Source: Prochlorococcus sp. AG-363-N20
Lineage (GTDB): Bacteria; Cyanobacteriota; Cyanobacteriia; PCC-6307; Cyanobiaceae
Direction: 5' to 3'
Length of the DNA: 64,000 nt
Assembly (NCBI GenBank): GCA_003280105.1
Contig: QCFX01000002.1
Span: 24,403 to 88,402, forward strand
The translations under genes and the position numbers were made by a program. Numbering within the stretch: position 1 is the first letter of the stretch; each line of letters begins with the position of its first letter. Below are positions 1 through 10,226 of the stretch, one piece after another. The notes beneath the pieces are model-generated. The model worked only from the letters and a program-made list of their open reading frames with translations. It did no database searches and was not told where the DNA came from.

Positions 1-614
1 AAGTTGTACCTTCATGGCTACAAGATTGGCTTGAAAATAAAGGTGGGTACCTAATAGGAAATATCAGAACTGGAAGGCCTGACTTTCGTTTTTACAGTCT
101 AGGGAACTCGCTTGCTTGCATGTTTGGAGTGTTAACGGCGCCCCAGCAAAGAGCACTTTTTCGATTAGTTCTTCACAATCGACATCATTTGATGGCTCAA
201 ATGCCTATGCGGATATGTCATCCACCTATGGATGGGGCAGAGTGGCAGAACAAAACTGGTTCAGACCCTAAAAACTGGCCGTGGAGCTATCACAACGGCG
301 GACATTGGCCAAGTTTGCTTTGGTTCTTCGGGGCATCAATACTTCTTCACGAAAAACGTTATCCACAAGCTGATGTACTTCTAATGGGGCAAATGCGAGC
401 TCTGCTAGAAGAATGTTATTGGAGCCAACTAAATCAACTACCTCGTCAAAAATGGGCCGAGTACTTCGACGGGCCAACGGGGACTTGGGTTGGTCAGCAA
501 TCACGAACTTACCAAACTTGGACAATAGTTGGTTTTCTAATGCTGCATCATCTTTTAAGAGTTTGCCCGGAAGATGTTGTCATGCTGGACCTAGAAGAAC
601 TTATGAATGAGTAA
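1..614 (+). CDS. Alkaline/neutral invertase (GH100-like), C-terminal part; the 5' end lies outside the window
   Basis: The frame of ORF 120..614 stays open back to base 3 (VVPSWLQDWLENKGGYLIGNIRTGRPDFRFYSLGN...). HNGGHWPSLLW and YFDGPTGTWVGQQSRTYQTW stretches are typical of cyanobacterial and plant neutral invertases. Confidence 0.75.
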   Translation, partial: VVPSWLQDWLENKGGYLIGNIRTGRPDFRFYSLGNSLACMFGVLTAPQQRALFRLVLHNRHHLMAQMPMRICHPPMDGAEWQNKTGSDPKNWPWSYHNGGHWPSLLWFFGASILLHEKRYPQADVLLMGQMRALLEECYWSQLNQLPRQKWAEYFDGPTGTWVGQQSRTYQTWTIVGFLMLHHLLRVCPEDVVMLDLEELMNE

Positions 615-661
615 ATTATCGAAATCCAATAAGTACTGAGAGAGCACTAACTTAGATGTTT

Positions 662-1144
662 TTAAAACAGACCTAAAGTCAAGGATTTGTCTATAGGTAG
701 ACATGCTCCAATGCCAAGATAAATAGTTACTAAAGTTCCAAACAAGAAAACACTTGTTGCGATTGGGCGCCTAAAAGGATTACCAAACTTATTGACATTT
801 TCAATGAAAGGAATAAGCATTAATCCCAAGGGGATCAATGTTTGCAAGGCAATGCCAAGAAGTTTATTAGGTACAACTCTAAGAATTTGGAATACAGGAT
901 ACAAGTACCATTCAGGCAAAATTTCTAATGGGGTGGCAAAAGGATTTGCTTTATCGCCAAGAATCGCAGGATCGAGAACAGCAAGACCAACAACACATGC
1001 AATGGTCCCAAGAATTACAACTGGAAAGATATAAAGAAGATCATTTGGCCAAGCTGGTTCACCGTAATAGTTATGGCCCATTCCTTTCGCTAGCTTTGCT
1101 CGCAGCTTGGGATCAGCAAGATCAGGCTTCTTGAGAGTTGACAT
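662..1144 (-). CDS. petD: Cytochrome b6-f complex subunit IV
   Basis: 160 aa. [43 protein letters not shown]... is canonical PetD, and the gene lies directly downstream of petB. Confidence 0.97.
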   Translation of the reverse strand: MSTLKKPDLADPKLRAKLAKGMGHNYYGEPAWPNDLLYIFPVVILGTIACVVGLAVLDPAILGDKANPFATPLEILPEWYLYPVFQILRVVPNKLLGIALQTLIPLGLMLIPFIENVNKFGNPFRRPIATSVFLFGTLVTIYLGIGACLPIDKSLTLGLF

Positions 1145-1218
1145 AGAAAGAAATTTTTAAAGAGCTTAGATAAAGAGGCTTGGCTTTTTCCGAAAAGAAG
1201 GTTGAAAAAAATGCTTAA

Positions 1219-1875
1219 TCACAAAGGTCCAGAAATTCCTTGTTTCCTAATCATAAGAAAATGCATGAGCATGAATACTGCTAGAGCCCAAGGGAGAACG
1301 AAGGTATGCAAGCTATAAAAGCGTGTAAGAGTTGACTGTCCAACGCTTTCACCTCCTCGCAGAAGTTCAACCATGAAATCACCAACAACTGGAATTGCCG
1401 CAGGAACACCTGAAACAATCTTCACAGCCCAGTATCCAACCTGGTCCCAAGGGAGGGAGTAGCCAGTAACTCCAAAAGCAACCGTAATTACTGCCATTGT
1501 TACTCCAGTCACCCAAGTGAGTTCTCGCGGGCGCTTAAAGCCTCCTGTTAGATAGACCCTAAAAACATGCAAAATGAGCATGAGCACCATCATTGAGGCA
1601 CTCCAACGATGCACTGAGCGAATCAACCAGCCAAAGCTGACATCCGTCATCAAATAACTCACTGAGTTATAAGCTTCGGCAACTGTTGGCTTGTAATAAA
1701 AAGTCATCGCGAATCCAGTCGCGAACTGAATCAGGAAACACACCAAAGTGATCCCTCCAAGGCAATAAAAAATATTGACGTGGGGAGGGACGTATTTTGA
1801 AGTGACGTCATCAGCTATGTCCTGAATTTCAAGACGTTCCTGGAACCAGTCATAGACAGGTGAGGAGTTCGCCAT
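1219..1875 (-). CDS. petB: Cytochrome b6
   Basis: 218 aa. [38 protein letters not shown]... is canonical cytochrome b6, in the usual petB-petD operon arrangement. Confidence 0.97.
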   Translation of the reverse strand: MANSSPVYDWFQERLEIQDIADDVTSKYVPPHVNIFYCLGGITLVCFLIQFATGFAMTFYYKPTVAEAYNSVSYLMTDVSFGWLIRSVHRWSASMMVLMLILHVFRVYLTGGFKRPRELTWVTGVTMAVITVAFGVTGYSLPWDQVGYWAVKIVSGVPAAIPVVGDFMVELLRGGESVGQSTLTRFYSLHTFVLPWALAVFMLMHFLMIRKQGISGPL

Positions 1876-1927
1876 TTAATGAGGTGAGCTTTGATACACA
1901 GATTCTACTGAATGTGCTCCATGGTGC

Positions 1928-3280
1928 GTGCCAGGGATTAATCCAATGCCTTCTTCTGTTAAATCCTGGTCAAAGAGTTTTCATCGCATCTTTTTTGCGG
2001 TGATCAGTCTTGGGCTATCGATCTTCGTTGCAGTCCAACCTTCTATTGCTCTAAATGATGGCCAGCAGCTGGTATTAGAAAGCTGGAGCTTAGTTAATGA
2101 AGGTTATTTAAACCCAAAAAAATTCGATGAAGTGCACTGGCGAGGGCTCCGACAAAAAGCTCTGGAAAAACAAATTTCTACTAGTGGAGACGCATATTCC
2201 GCCATCGAAACCATGCTCCTTCCATTAGGAGATCCATACACAAGGCTTTTAAGACCAGCCGATTACACAGCAATGAAAGCAAGTAATTTAGGCAGCGAAA
2301 TTAATGGTGTAGGGCTGCAGCTTGGTGCCAGAAACGAAGATGGGAAAATTGTTGTTATCGCGCCGCTTGAGGGATCACCTGCTGCAGATGCAGGCATTGT
2401 TAGCGGAACAGTATTAATTAAAGTTGGCGGAGAATCTCCTCAAATGCTTGGGTTAGAAGCAACTGCAGCAAGGCTTCGTGGCGAAAGTGGTTCTCAAGTG
2501 TTTGTAGAAATAGAATCACCAGAAAGCGAAAGGAAAGAGATAGTTCTAGAGCGACGAAGCGTGGATTTGCGGCCAGTTCGAACACGCAGATTAAGAAACG
2601 AATCTCATACGATTGGATATTTACGAATCACTCAGTTCAGTGAAGGGGTTCCAGACCAAGTAAAAGAAGCTTTAAAAGATCTTTCACAAAAAGATATAGA
2701 AGGTCTTGTACTTGACTTGAGAAATAATTCAGGAGGACTGGTTAGTTCAGGATTAGCTGTTGCTGATGCTTTCCTTAGCAATCAGCCAATAGTAGAAACA
2801 CGCAAACGTGATGGGATAAGTGATGCAATTCCGGCGGGTCTTTCAACGCTTTACGATGGCCCCATGATCACCTTGGTCAATGGTGGAACCGCAAGCGCAA
2901 GTGAAATTCTTGCTGGCGCCCTTCAAGACAATGGTCGGTCTGAGCTCATAGGGAGTCGAACTTTTGGTAAAGGTCTAATCCAATCATTAAGCACTCTTAG
3001 TGATGGAAGTGGCCTTGCTGTGACTGTCGCAAGTTATTTAACTCCAAATGGAAGGGATATTCAAAACGAAGGGATAGAGCCTGATCGTGAACTGGAAATG
3101 CCAGAACCAATAAATCCTGGTGGCAGCGAAGATCGCTGGTTACAAGATGCAGAACTCATTATTGGGGCAGCGCTTGACAGAGAAAGTCTTGAAAAGTCTT
3201 CCATTGAAGAATCTCCTCCAGAAGCTAACCAAGAAGAAATAGTTCCAATAGAAACATTGACTCCACTAGATGTTATTTAA
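1928..3280 (+). CDS. ctpA: Carboxyl-terminal processing protease (S41 peptidase)
   Basis: S41 motifs GLVLDLRNNSGGL and GGTASASEILAGALQDN, a PDZ-like middle region and an N-terminal hydrophobic anchor. The start is either GTG 1928 or in-frame ATG 1946. Confidence 0.88.
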   Translation: MPGINPMPSSVKSWSKSFHRIFFAVISLGLSIFVAVQPSIALNDGQQLVLESWSLVNEGYLNPKKFDEVHWRGLRQKALEKQISTSGDAYSAIETMLLPLGDPYTRLLRPADYTAMKASNLGSEINGVGLQLGARNEDGKIVVIAPLEGSPAADAGIVSGTVLIKVGGESPQMLGLEATAARLRGESGSQVFVEIESPESERKEIVLERRSVDLRPVRTRRLRNESHTIGYLRITQFSEGVPDQVKEALKDLSQKDIEGLVLDLRNNSGGLVSSGLAVADAFLSNQPIVETRKRDGISDAIPAGLSTLYDGPMITLVNGGTASASEILAGALQDNGRSELIGSRTFGKGLIQSLSTLSDGSGLAVTVASYLTPNGRDIQNEGIEPDRELEMPEPINPGGSEDRWLQDAELIIGAALDRESLEKSSIEESPPEANQEEIVPIETLTPLDVI

Positions 3281-4521
3281 TGAGCTTCAGGACCTATCAC
3301 GACCCACTTCATCACGGAATCAGCCTAGACAGCGATAAGCCAGAAGAATGCATGGCAATGGAATTAATTGATTCCATGCCTTTTCAAAGATTACGCAGAA
3401 TCAAGCAATTAGGACCTGCTTTCCTAACTTTTCATGGGGCAGAGTCGAGTCGCTTCACTCATTCCCTTGGAGTTTTTCATATAGCCCGGAAAGCCTTTAG
3501 AAGGTTATTGAAATTAGATCCGGGCCTAAAAGAATTCCAAGGAATTCTCTATGCAGCAGCTTTATTACATGACATTGGGCACGGACCTTTAAGCCACACA
3601 GGTGAAGAGATGTTTGGCCTGCAACATGAAAGATGGTCTGCATATGTAATTAAAAATCACCCTGCAATAAAAAGCTCTCTAGACTCATTTAGAGAAGGAA
3701 CTTCTATAGCCGTTGCAGAACTCTTATGTAATGGTAATAGCAGAAATAGTATCATTAAGGATCTAATAAGTAGTCAACTTGATTGTGATCGACTTGACTA
3801 TTTATTGCGCGACAGTTATAGCACTGGTACAAGTTATGGGAAATTAGATCTAGATAGGATCATTACAGCACTATCAATCTCTCCAGATGGAAAGCTAGCT
3901 ATTGAACCGAAAGGTCTTATGGCCGTTGAACACTATTTAGTTGTTAGAAACTTAATGTACAGAAGTGTATATAACCATCGCTTAAATGAAGTTTGTAGTT
4001 GGATGCTTGAGCAAGTTATTCGTATTGCCAGGAAATTAGGCCCAAACCAAATATGGGCAGACAAACACATGGCAATTTGGCTTTGGCATCCAGATGAAAT
4101 TGACCTTAAAACATTTTTAGCGAACGATGATAATAGAACAACCTATCATTTACTTAGATGGGAAGAAGATGCCCCAGAACCTCTTTCAACTATATGTAGA
4201 CGATTTCTTCGAAGAGATCTTTTAAAAGCCTTAAATATTGATCAATTAAATAACGAAGAACAATTAGAAGCCCTCGCAAAGGCTAGGTCTTTAACAGAGA
4301 AACAAGGGGAAGACCCTGACTTTCTGTGCGGATTACGGCATCAGCAATTCCACAGCTATGAACCATACAAAGGAGGGTTGAGATTATGGGATGGGAATAA
4401 TCTGCGAGCCTTAGAACAAGTGTCACCATTAATCCAAGGCTTAATTGATCCAGCACGATCAGCTTGGTTAATTCATCCAAAAGAGATTCATCAAGATCTA
4501 AAAAAAGAGCTAACAGTCTAG
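3280..4521 (+). CDS. HD-domain phosphohydrolase, SAMHD1/dGTPase-like family
   Basis: RFTHSLGVFHIA, LLHDIGHGPLSH and DCDRLDYLLRDSYSTG motifs. The start codon overlaps the ctpA stop (TAATG). Confidence 0.8.
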   Translation: MSFRTYHDPLHHGISLDSDKPEECMAMELIDSMPFQRLRRIKQLGPAFLTFHGAESSRFTHSLGVFHIARKAFRRLLKLDPGLKEFQGILYAAALLHDIGHGPLSHTGEEMFGLQHERWSAYVIKNHPAIKSSLDSFREGTSIAVAELLCNGNSRNSIIKDLISSQLDCDRLDYLLRDSYSTGTSYGKLDLDRIITALSISPDGKLAIEPKGLMAVEHYLVVRNLMYRSVYNHRLNEVCSWMLEQVIRIARKLGPNQIWADKHMAIWLWHPDEIDLKTFLANDDNRTTYHLLRWEEDAPEPLSTICRRFLRRDLLKALNIDQLNNEEQLEALAKARSLTEKQGEDPDFLCGLRHQQFHSYEPYKGGLRLWDGNNLRALEQVSPLIQGLIDPARSAWLIHPKEIHQDLKKELTV

Positions 4522-4528
4522 AAAAACC

Positions 4529-5197
4529 ATGGAAAACTTAATTTCTCAAGAACGAGTAATTGCCCTCCCTTCAGCCCGTAAAGAAGATTGGCGAGAGGCA
4601 ATTCCTCGTATACTTATAAAGGCTAAACCAGGCCTTGTAGAACTTGATTGTCGGGATTGGAAACTTAGTTGTAGAGACCTAAAGAAAATAATTTCCTTTT
4701 TCGAAAAAGCAGGGCTAAAGATTAATCTTATTCGATCAAATGTTGTCCAAACTCTTGTTAGTGCATCAGCATTAGGGCACCAAACAGTCTTACGGCTAGG
4801 AGAGCAATCTAAAAGTTCTTCTTATGAAGAAAATAATAATTCCAATATCACAAGAAAATCAAGTCTTTTGTTTCATGAAGGAACCCTCAGAGCAGGAGAA
4901 CACTTAGAAGCCGATGGTGATGTTCTCCTGGTTGGGGATGTCAATCCTGGAGCCAAAATCTCGAGTGGAGGAAATGTAATGGTTTGGGGCAGGCTACGGG
5001 GTAGTGCCCACGCTGGAAAATTCGGAAATCAAAACGCCAAAATTGTCGCCCTGCAACTCAGGCCTCTTCAGTTAAGAATTGCCAATGAAATTGCACGAGG
5101 GCCTGAAGAGAAACCTCAAGAAGGTCTTGCTGAGGAAGCAATCATTGAATCTGGGCAAATCATAATTCAACCAGCAAAAACCAATCCCTTGCCTTAA
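4529..5197 (+). CDS. minC: Septum site-determining protein MinC
   Basis: The C-terminal beta-helix region GTLRAGEHLEADGDVLLVGDVNPGAKISSGGNVMVWGRLRGSAHAG...LQLRPLQLRIA is MinC-like, and the gene lies upstream of minD and minE. Confidence 0.85.
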   Translation: MENLISQERVIALPSARKEDWREAIPRILIKAKPGLVELDCRDWKLSCRDLKKIISFFEKAGLKINLIRSNVVQTLVSASALGHQTVLRLGEQSKSSSYEENNNSNITRKSSLLFHEGTLRAGEHLEADGDVLLVGDVNPGAKISSGGNVMVWGRLRGSAHAGKFGNQNAKIVALQLRPLQLRIANEIARGPEEKPQEGLAEEAIIESGQIIIQPAKTNPLP

Positions 5198-5360
5198 AAG
5201 AGTAATGACTGCAAGCGGTTTGGAGGTTATCTTATTAAGCGTTAGGGTTTACTCCCTAAAAAACGCACAGATTTCCAGGAAGAATTAATCAAAATCTTCA
5301 ACTACAAAGCTAGCTCCTTTATCAAACTCCCATTAAGATGCCTGGACTTCAAAGAAGTCC

Positions 5361-6176
5361 GTGTCGACTAATACACGCATCATTCTTATCTGCTCTGGCA
5401 AAGGAGGTGTTGGGAAAACAACCCTCACAGCCAATTTAGGAATAGCACTTGCAAGAACAGGTGTTCGAACTGCAGTTCTAGATGCAGATTTTGGCCTGCG
5501 AAATCTTGACTTATTGCTAGGGCTAGAAAATCGGATTGTTTATACCGCTCAAGAAGTGCTCGAAGAGAGTTGCCGGCTTGATCAAGCACTTGTAAAGCAC
5601 AAACAAGAGCCAAATCTGGCTCTTTTGCCAGCAGGGAATCCAAGGATGCTCGAGTGGTTAAAGCCTGATGACATGCAGCGAATTGTTTCCATGTTGAGTG
5701 ACCAATTCGACTATGTGCTGATTGATTGTCCTGCTGGAGTTGAAGATGGATTCAAAAATGCCGTTTCAGCATCTAAAGAAGCAATTGTTGTAACCAATCC
5801 AGAAGTATCTGCTGTTAGAGACGCCGATAGAGTTATAGGCCTTCTAAACACTAATGGTATCAACCCTGTTCAGCTAGTTCTAAATAGAGTCCGCCCAAAA
5901 ATGATTGCTAGCCAAGAAATGCTCTCTGTTGATGATGTAACAGATATTCTTGCCTTGCCATTGTTGGGATTAGTTCTGGAAGATGAGCAGGTAATCGTAA
6001 GTACAAATAGAGGTGTTCCTCTAACTCTTAGTGGGATTAATTCCCCTGCAGCTCGCTGTTACTCAAATATTGCGAGTCGGCTACAAGGTGAAGAGGTCCC
6101 CTTAATTGATCCTGCTAAAGAAGGGTCAGGCATGCGTGACAAATTCAGACGTCTGATGCAAACCAAAATTTTCTAA
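5361..6176 (+). CDS. minD: Septum site-determining ATPase MinD
   Basis: Deviant Walker [11 protein letters not shown], 271 aa and a C-terminal amphipathic helix ([10 protein letters not shown]). Apparent GTG start. Confidence 0.95.
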   Translation: MSTNTRIILICSGKGGVGKTTLTANLGIALARTGVRTAVLDADFGLRNLDLLLGLENRIVYTAQEVLEESCRLDQALVKHKQEPNLALLPAGNPRMLEWLKPDDMQRIVSMLSDQFDYVLIDCPAGVEDGFKNAVSASKEAIVVTNPEVSAVRDADRVIGLLNTNGINPVQLVLNRVRPKMIASQEMLSVDDVTDILALPLLGLVLEDEQVIVSTNRGVPLTLSGINSPAARCYSNIASRLQGEEVPLIDPAKEGSGMRDKFRRLMQTKIF

Positions 6177-6180
6177 ACCA

Positions 6181-6486
6181 ATGACATTGCGAGACATCCT
6201 CAACAAATTACTTCGGCGCCAAGAATCAAGCGCAAATACCGCTAGAGAAAGACTGCAATTAGTTTTAGCGCATGACAGAGCAGATCTAAGCCCTGACCTT
6301 TTGGACCAAATGAGAAAAGAGATTTTAGAAGTGGTTGCCAAATACGTTGAAATCGACATCGAAGAAGGAGCCGTTAGCCTTGAGACAGAGGATCGCATGA
6401 CCGCCTTAGTCGCAAACCTTCCTATAAAAAGGCTGCCGTCAGGTGCAATCAAAGTAAAAGAGCATGGGGAAAGTTCAGATAACTAG
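6181..6486 (+). CDS. minE: Cell division topological specificity factor MinE
   Basis: 101 aa. [39 protein letters not shown] is canonical MinE, starting 4 nt after the minD stop. Confidence 0.9.
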   Translation: MTLRDILNKLLRRQESSANTARERLQLVLAHDRADLSPDLLDQMRKEILEVVAKYVEIDIEEGAVSLETEDRMTALVANLPIKRLPSGAIKVKEHGESSDN

Positions 6487-6761
6487 TAAGAACAGATTCA
6501 AGTTCTAAGATTAAAGAAATAACTTGAAACTTCTTTCTAGGGAAACCTTTTAAACTCTTTAATGAAAAAATTCAAGAAAATTTTAGGCAGCTTCAAGCTC
6601 GATAAGTCAATTTAAAATACCAAGTAAAGGTATTGATGATTAGCAGAAAAATTGTTAAACGTGCTTTAAGTCCCCTCAAACCAAGCCTTTCAAGAAAACA
6701 AAGTATTTCATCACTAACCCAAAAGTGTATTTTGTACGCGCAAAGTTAAGATTGAGCCACT

Positions 6762-6833
6762 GCCGGCTTAGCTCAGTGGTAGAGCAGCGCTTTTGTAAAG
6801 CGAAGGTCATCGGTTCAAATCCGTTAGCCGGCT
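6762..6833 (+). tRNA. tRNA-Thr (anticodon UGU)
   Basis: Hand-folded cloverleaf: acceptor GCCGGCT/AGCCGGC, D arm GCTC-AGTGGTA-GAGC, anticodon loop TT-TGT-AA and T loop TTCAAAT. There is one mismatch each in the anticodon and T stems. No encoded CCA. Confidence 0.85.
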
Positions 6834-7099
6834 TATCGAAGAAGACTCTCAGAAACCTTTGAGCAATTAACGTGAAACGAATAGAAAAGACTTATCGGCA
6901 TAAAAGCGAAATGTTCTAATTTTTGCCAAAAGCTTTATTCGTTACTCCCGCCACTAAAAAGCCATATTGCTAAGAAAAAAATTACTAAGCCAAAACCTCT
7001 GGCTTCAAAAACTGGACTAGAAAGAATTATTGCAGGCTTTAAAAGCCAATAGAAGAATGCCTGCAAAAGAAAAACAAGCCCAAAAAGCGAGATCATGGT

Positions 7100-7699
7100 T
7101 TAAAGGTTTTCTGGAAGCACAGCTCCTCTGCGCCGAATATTCCAATTGCCTGGGCCATCCCAGACAATCAAAGTACTTGCTAAACCTGATGGAATCGGCC
7201 AAGGAACTGGTCCTAACAAAGGCAAGTCGGGAAAAGTTTGGCGAACTTTTTCCATATCCAAAGCAGTTGGCAAACCTGAAAGATTTGCACTCGTGGTTGC
7301 CAATGGTCCAGTTAAAGAAAGCAAATTAATTGCTGCTTCACAAGCAGGAACTCTTAAGCCGAGTGTTTTAGCCCCTGGATTCAGAAAATCAACTCTTTGA
7401 TCTGAAGTTGGCAAAACCATAGTTAGAGGGCCTGGCCAATATTTCTTTGCGATCAAATGTGCATCATCTAATGCTTCTGCAAAAACCCCTTCTAACAATT
7501 CTTCGGTATTTGATCCCATAAGAATGAGAGGTTTGTTAGCGGGTCTCCTTTTTAAATCCCAAAGTTTAGAAGAGTTTTCAGGCGAGGATGCCAGTGCTGG
7601 CAATGTGTCGGTAGGGATCAAGGCAGCAGCGCCAGCATGAATTCTTAAAGCCAAAGAACTCGAGTCATAGATATTTGTTTTGTTGAGAAAAGGTTCCAT
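7100..7699 (-). CDS. tsaC: L-threonylcarbamoyladenylate synthase, YrdC/TsaC (Sua5-family short form)
   Basis: 199 aa with ALIPTDTLPALA, KRRPANKPLILM and TSANLSG motifs of the YrdC/Sua5 fold. Confidence 0.82.
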   Translation of the reverse strand: MEPFLNKTNIYDSSSLALRIHAGAAALIPTDTLPALASSPENSSKLWDLKRRPANKPLILMGSNTEELLEGVFAEALDDAHLIAKKYWPGPLTMVLPTSDQRVDFLNPGAKTLGLRVPACEAAINLLSLTGPLATTSANLSGLPTALDMEKVRQTFPDLPLLGPVPWPIPSGLASTLIVWDGPGNWNIRRRGAVLPENL

Positions 7700-7714
7700 T
7701 AGTTTTAAAAGTCT

Positions 7715-8587
7715 CTAACAACGCAAGCCCATCGCGAAGCGTTTTATTCCTGCTAAATCCTTAGAAACTTCAAGATCAGCAAAACCAGAGCTGGCCATTA
7801 ATTCAACAACCAAGTCACTCTGGTCATGATGATGTTCCAAAATCAAGAGACCTTTCTCTCCAAGGGCATTTATTGCACCGTTAATAATTTGCCGACAGGA
7901 AGTCAAGCCATCTGCCCCTCCGCAAAGAGCAAGCAGGGGTTCATGCTCTCGAATTGTGGGATGCAATTCATCTATCAGTTTGGCAGGAATATATGGAGGA
8001 TTCGCCACAGCAAGCGCAATTGACCCCCACCACGGGCGCAAAGGCTCCCACCAACTACCTAAATGAGTGCATACTTTATTCCCAGGTGCAAGTCTTTTTA
8101 AATTTCGTTCCGCGAGAGTCAAAGCTTCCTTGCTGCAGTCAACCGCATGCCCAATAGCATTGGGGAATGATCTGGCCAATGCAACAGCCAAAGCACCTGA
8201 ACCCGTTCCTAAATCCACCCAAGGTCCAAGAAAATCCTTAGGCAGTTTATCTAGCGCCAAATCCACTAATAGTTCTGTTTCTTGGCGTGGAATCAAAGCA
8301 GAAGAGCTAACTTCTAATTCAAAGTCCCGCCAAGGGCATCTTCCGATTAGATACTGCAATGGTATGTGATCAATTTGATACTTCCACCAAAGTTTTTCCA
8401 ATTGGTCTAGAGAAACTTCAAGTTCTACAGAGCCTCTTGGGTCTAAATGTAATTTCTGCAGAACCGTCCATCTCAATCCCCCACCTACATCCAAAAGCCA
8501 ATCTAGATCTGCGGAACTTCCCCCTTGAGAAAGAAGTTGTTTTCTCCATATCAAAAGAGCTTCTGCTGAAAAGATTTTACTCAACAT
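7715..8587 (-). CDS. prmC: Release factor glutamine N5-methyltransferase (HemK/PrmC)
   Basis: SAM motif DLGTGSGALAVALA and catalytic NPPYIP; 290 aa. Confidence 0.85.
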   Translation of the reverse strand: MLSKIFSAEALLIWRKQLLSQGGSSADLDWLLDVGGGLRWTVLQKLHLDPRGSVELEVSLDQLEKLWWKYQIDHIPLQYLIGRCPWRDFELEVSSSALIPRQETELLVDLALDKLPKDFLGPWVDLGTGSGALAVALARSFPNAIGHAVDCSKEALTLAERNLKRLAPGNKVCTHLGSWWEPLRPWWGSIALAVANPPYIPAKLIDELHPTIREHEPLLALCGGADGLTSCRQIINGAINALGEKGLLILEHHHDQSDLVVELMASSGFADLEVSKDLAGIKRFAMGLRC

Positions 8588-8757
8588 GTCAAAGGCAAAA
8601 GAAGATCATTGAAAAATTTTGTGGGTAAACAAGTCCTAAATAGTCTTTCCATAAAAAAGAGACATAAGCTTCATATTAGTATTTAACTAATAAGGATAAA
8701 CCGTATAACTTTATAAATGCCTTTATCTTTTTTGGAGCCTATCTGAAACTAATTTTC

Positions 8758-9198
8758 TCAATTTGAGGGATTGTGCAATTTCATTAGCAATTTATTTAAT
8801 GAAGGAGGTATATTCCTAATCAAATGATGGTTTCCATCAACTTTCTTAATCAATACCAAGTCCACCTTGGCCTCTGCAACGAGTTCATTTCCCTTTTTTA
8901 AAAACTTCGTATGCCAATGCCATCTGACTCCTTTTCTAGGGAAAGACCAACTCCGAAGAATAACCTCGTCACCATGTAAAAGTGTTTTTAAGTATTTAAT
9001 TTCCAGAGAGACAACCGGCATTTCAAACCCTTGTTCGGAGAGATCCTTATAAGGCAAGCCAATTTCAGACAAAGCTTTAACTCTGGCCTCTTCGAGCCAA
9101 TTCAGATAGGAGCCATGCCACATAACACCAGCATGATCTGTATGCTGTGGCAAAACTTGCTTGTAAAGCTCCCAATAAAAATCTATTGATCTATCCAA
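8758..9198 (-). CDS. Hotdog-fold 4HBT-type acyl-CoA thioesterase (possibly 1,4-dihydroxy-2-naphthoyl-CoA hydrolase)
   Basis: 146 aa. The HTDHAGVMWHGSYLNWLEEAR catalytic-Asp region is typical of 4-hydroxybenzoyl-CoA thioesterase-like proteins. Apparent TTG start. Confidence 0.7.
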   Translation of the reverse strand: MDRSIDFYWELYKQVLPQHTDHAGVMWHGSYLNWLEEARVKALSEIGLPYKDLSEQGFEMPVVSLEIKYLKTLLHGDEVILRSWSFPRKGVRWHWHTKFLKKGNELVAEAKVDLVLIKKVDGNHHLIRNIPPSLNKLLMKLHNPSN

Positions 9199-9403
9199 AA
9201 CAATTGAAATACTCTATTCGATTAATCAATGTGCTTATAAATAATTAATTGAAACTACAAGTTAAATATATACATCAAAGATTTGAATGATTTAAAAATC
9301 ACACTGAAATTTTTCCCAATTAAAAACTGGGTCTTAAGAAAGGAGAATCCACCCTCCAACAATTAAAAACTAGTAACTAATGGGAAGTAAAGCCTTAATT
9401 GCG

Positions 9404-9556
9404 TTAAACGTTGGGGCCAATTTTTCCCTTGCCCTTAGCCGAGAAAAAGCTCGACTTTTCTCCATCACTGGTCGAAATATAAAGACCAACAAGGAAAATT
9501 ACTGGGACAGCTACGAAAAGAAGGGTGGCAGCAGCGCCAAAATTGGTGGTTTCCAT
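9404..9556 (-). CDS. psbM: Photosystem II reaction centre protein M
   Basis: Not in the ORF track (50 aa). Hand translation gives METTNFGAAATLLFVAVPVIFLVGLYISTSDGEKSSFFSAKGKGKIGPNV, which matches the picocyanobacterial PsbM pattern METTNFG...DGEKSSF. Confidence 0.85.
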   Translation of the reverse strand: METTNFGAAATLLFVAVPVIFLVGLYISTSDGEKSSFFSAKGKGKIGPNV

Positions 9557-10226
9557 AACTGCAAATGGTTGCCTAAAGAAGGTATCACTGTCAGATCATT
9601 TATATCCAATTCATCGAGTGCCTCGTCATTTGACTTTGCAAAAAAGATACAGCTGTTTTCAACAAAACCTTTTGTTCAATACTTGTCTTCCCTTTCATGG
9701 CAATGGATTATAAAGAAGTGTGAGCCTCAGGGTTCATAGAAAACCTTTCTGGATTTGTGAAGGATTGTTGATGTCTCAGCACAATCCCACGTAGCCGCCG
9801 AGCGATTTTAAGAAATTTTCGAATTGAGAAATACTTTTAAAAGATTGGTCTAAGAGCAATTAGCAACCATCTCCCAAGGAAGCTTTTCCCAAAAATTCGA
9901 TGAGCAGGACTAAACCAATTTCTAAAAATTGAATTTAAAAGTCTTCGAAGCCATCCTTGAATAAGCAAAGAATTTGATTCGGCGGAACGAGAAATGACTT
10001 GATAAAACACATGAAACTTGCGGCATTGCGATTTGTGACCAAAATCTTTGCAATGAGCCCACTTCCCGAAAGCCATTGCCGCAAAAGGGTTCAAGCTGTT
10101 TCTCAGGCTTTTTGAGTATCACTAGACGTTTCAGGTGACGACAACTTCACCCTTAGTGCAAGGCAGAAGCTTTACGATCGTCGGGTCTGGCTGTTTTAAG
10201 CAGCTTCGTTCACGAAATCTGACCCC

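Noticed and set aside
268-610. ORFs 268..525 (-) and 413..610 (+) inside the invertase gene
   Set aside because: They are antisense or out-of-frame shadows of a CDS with clear family motifs, and have no motifs of their own.
792-1134. Plus-strand ORFs 792..1034 and 928..1134
   Set aside because: They lie entirely antisense to the unambiguous petD.
6126-6452. 108-aa minus-strand ORF across minD/minE
   Set aside because: It is antisense to the canonical minE and the minD 3' end, with a Ser/Arg-rich low-complexity translation.
6636-6749. 37-codon ATG ORF in the minE to tRNA-Thr spacer
   Set aside because: It has no RBS, has basic low-complexity sequence, and ends right at the tRNA promoter region, so it is probably chance.
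7017-7400. ORFs 7017..7202 (-), 7030..7329 (+) and 7146..7400 (+)
   Set aside because: They overlap the tsaC 3' half or its terminator region, and the tsaC frame carries the family motifs.
7826-8628. Four plus-strand ORFs (7826, 7954, 8067, 8359)
   Set aside because: All are antisense to prmC, which carries the NPPY and SAM motifs.
9380-9739. 119-aa plus-strand ORF (and the nested 9525..9713)
   Set aside because: It is antisense to psbM, whose 50-aa translation is canonical.
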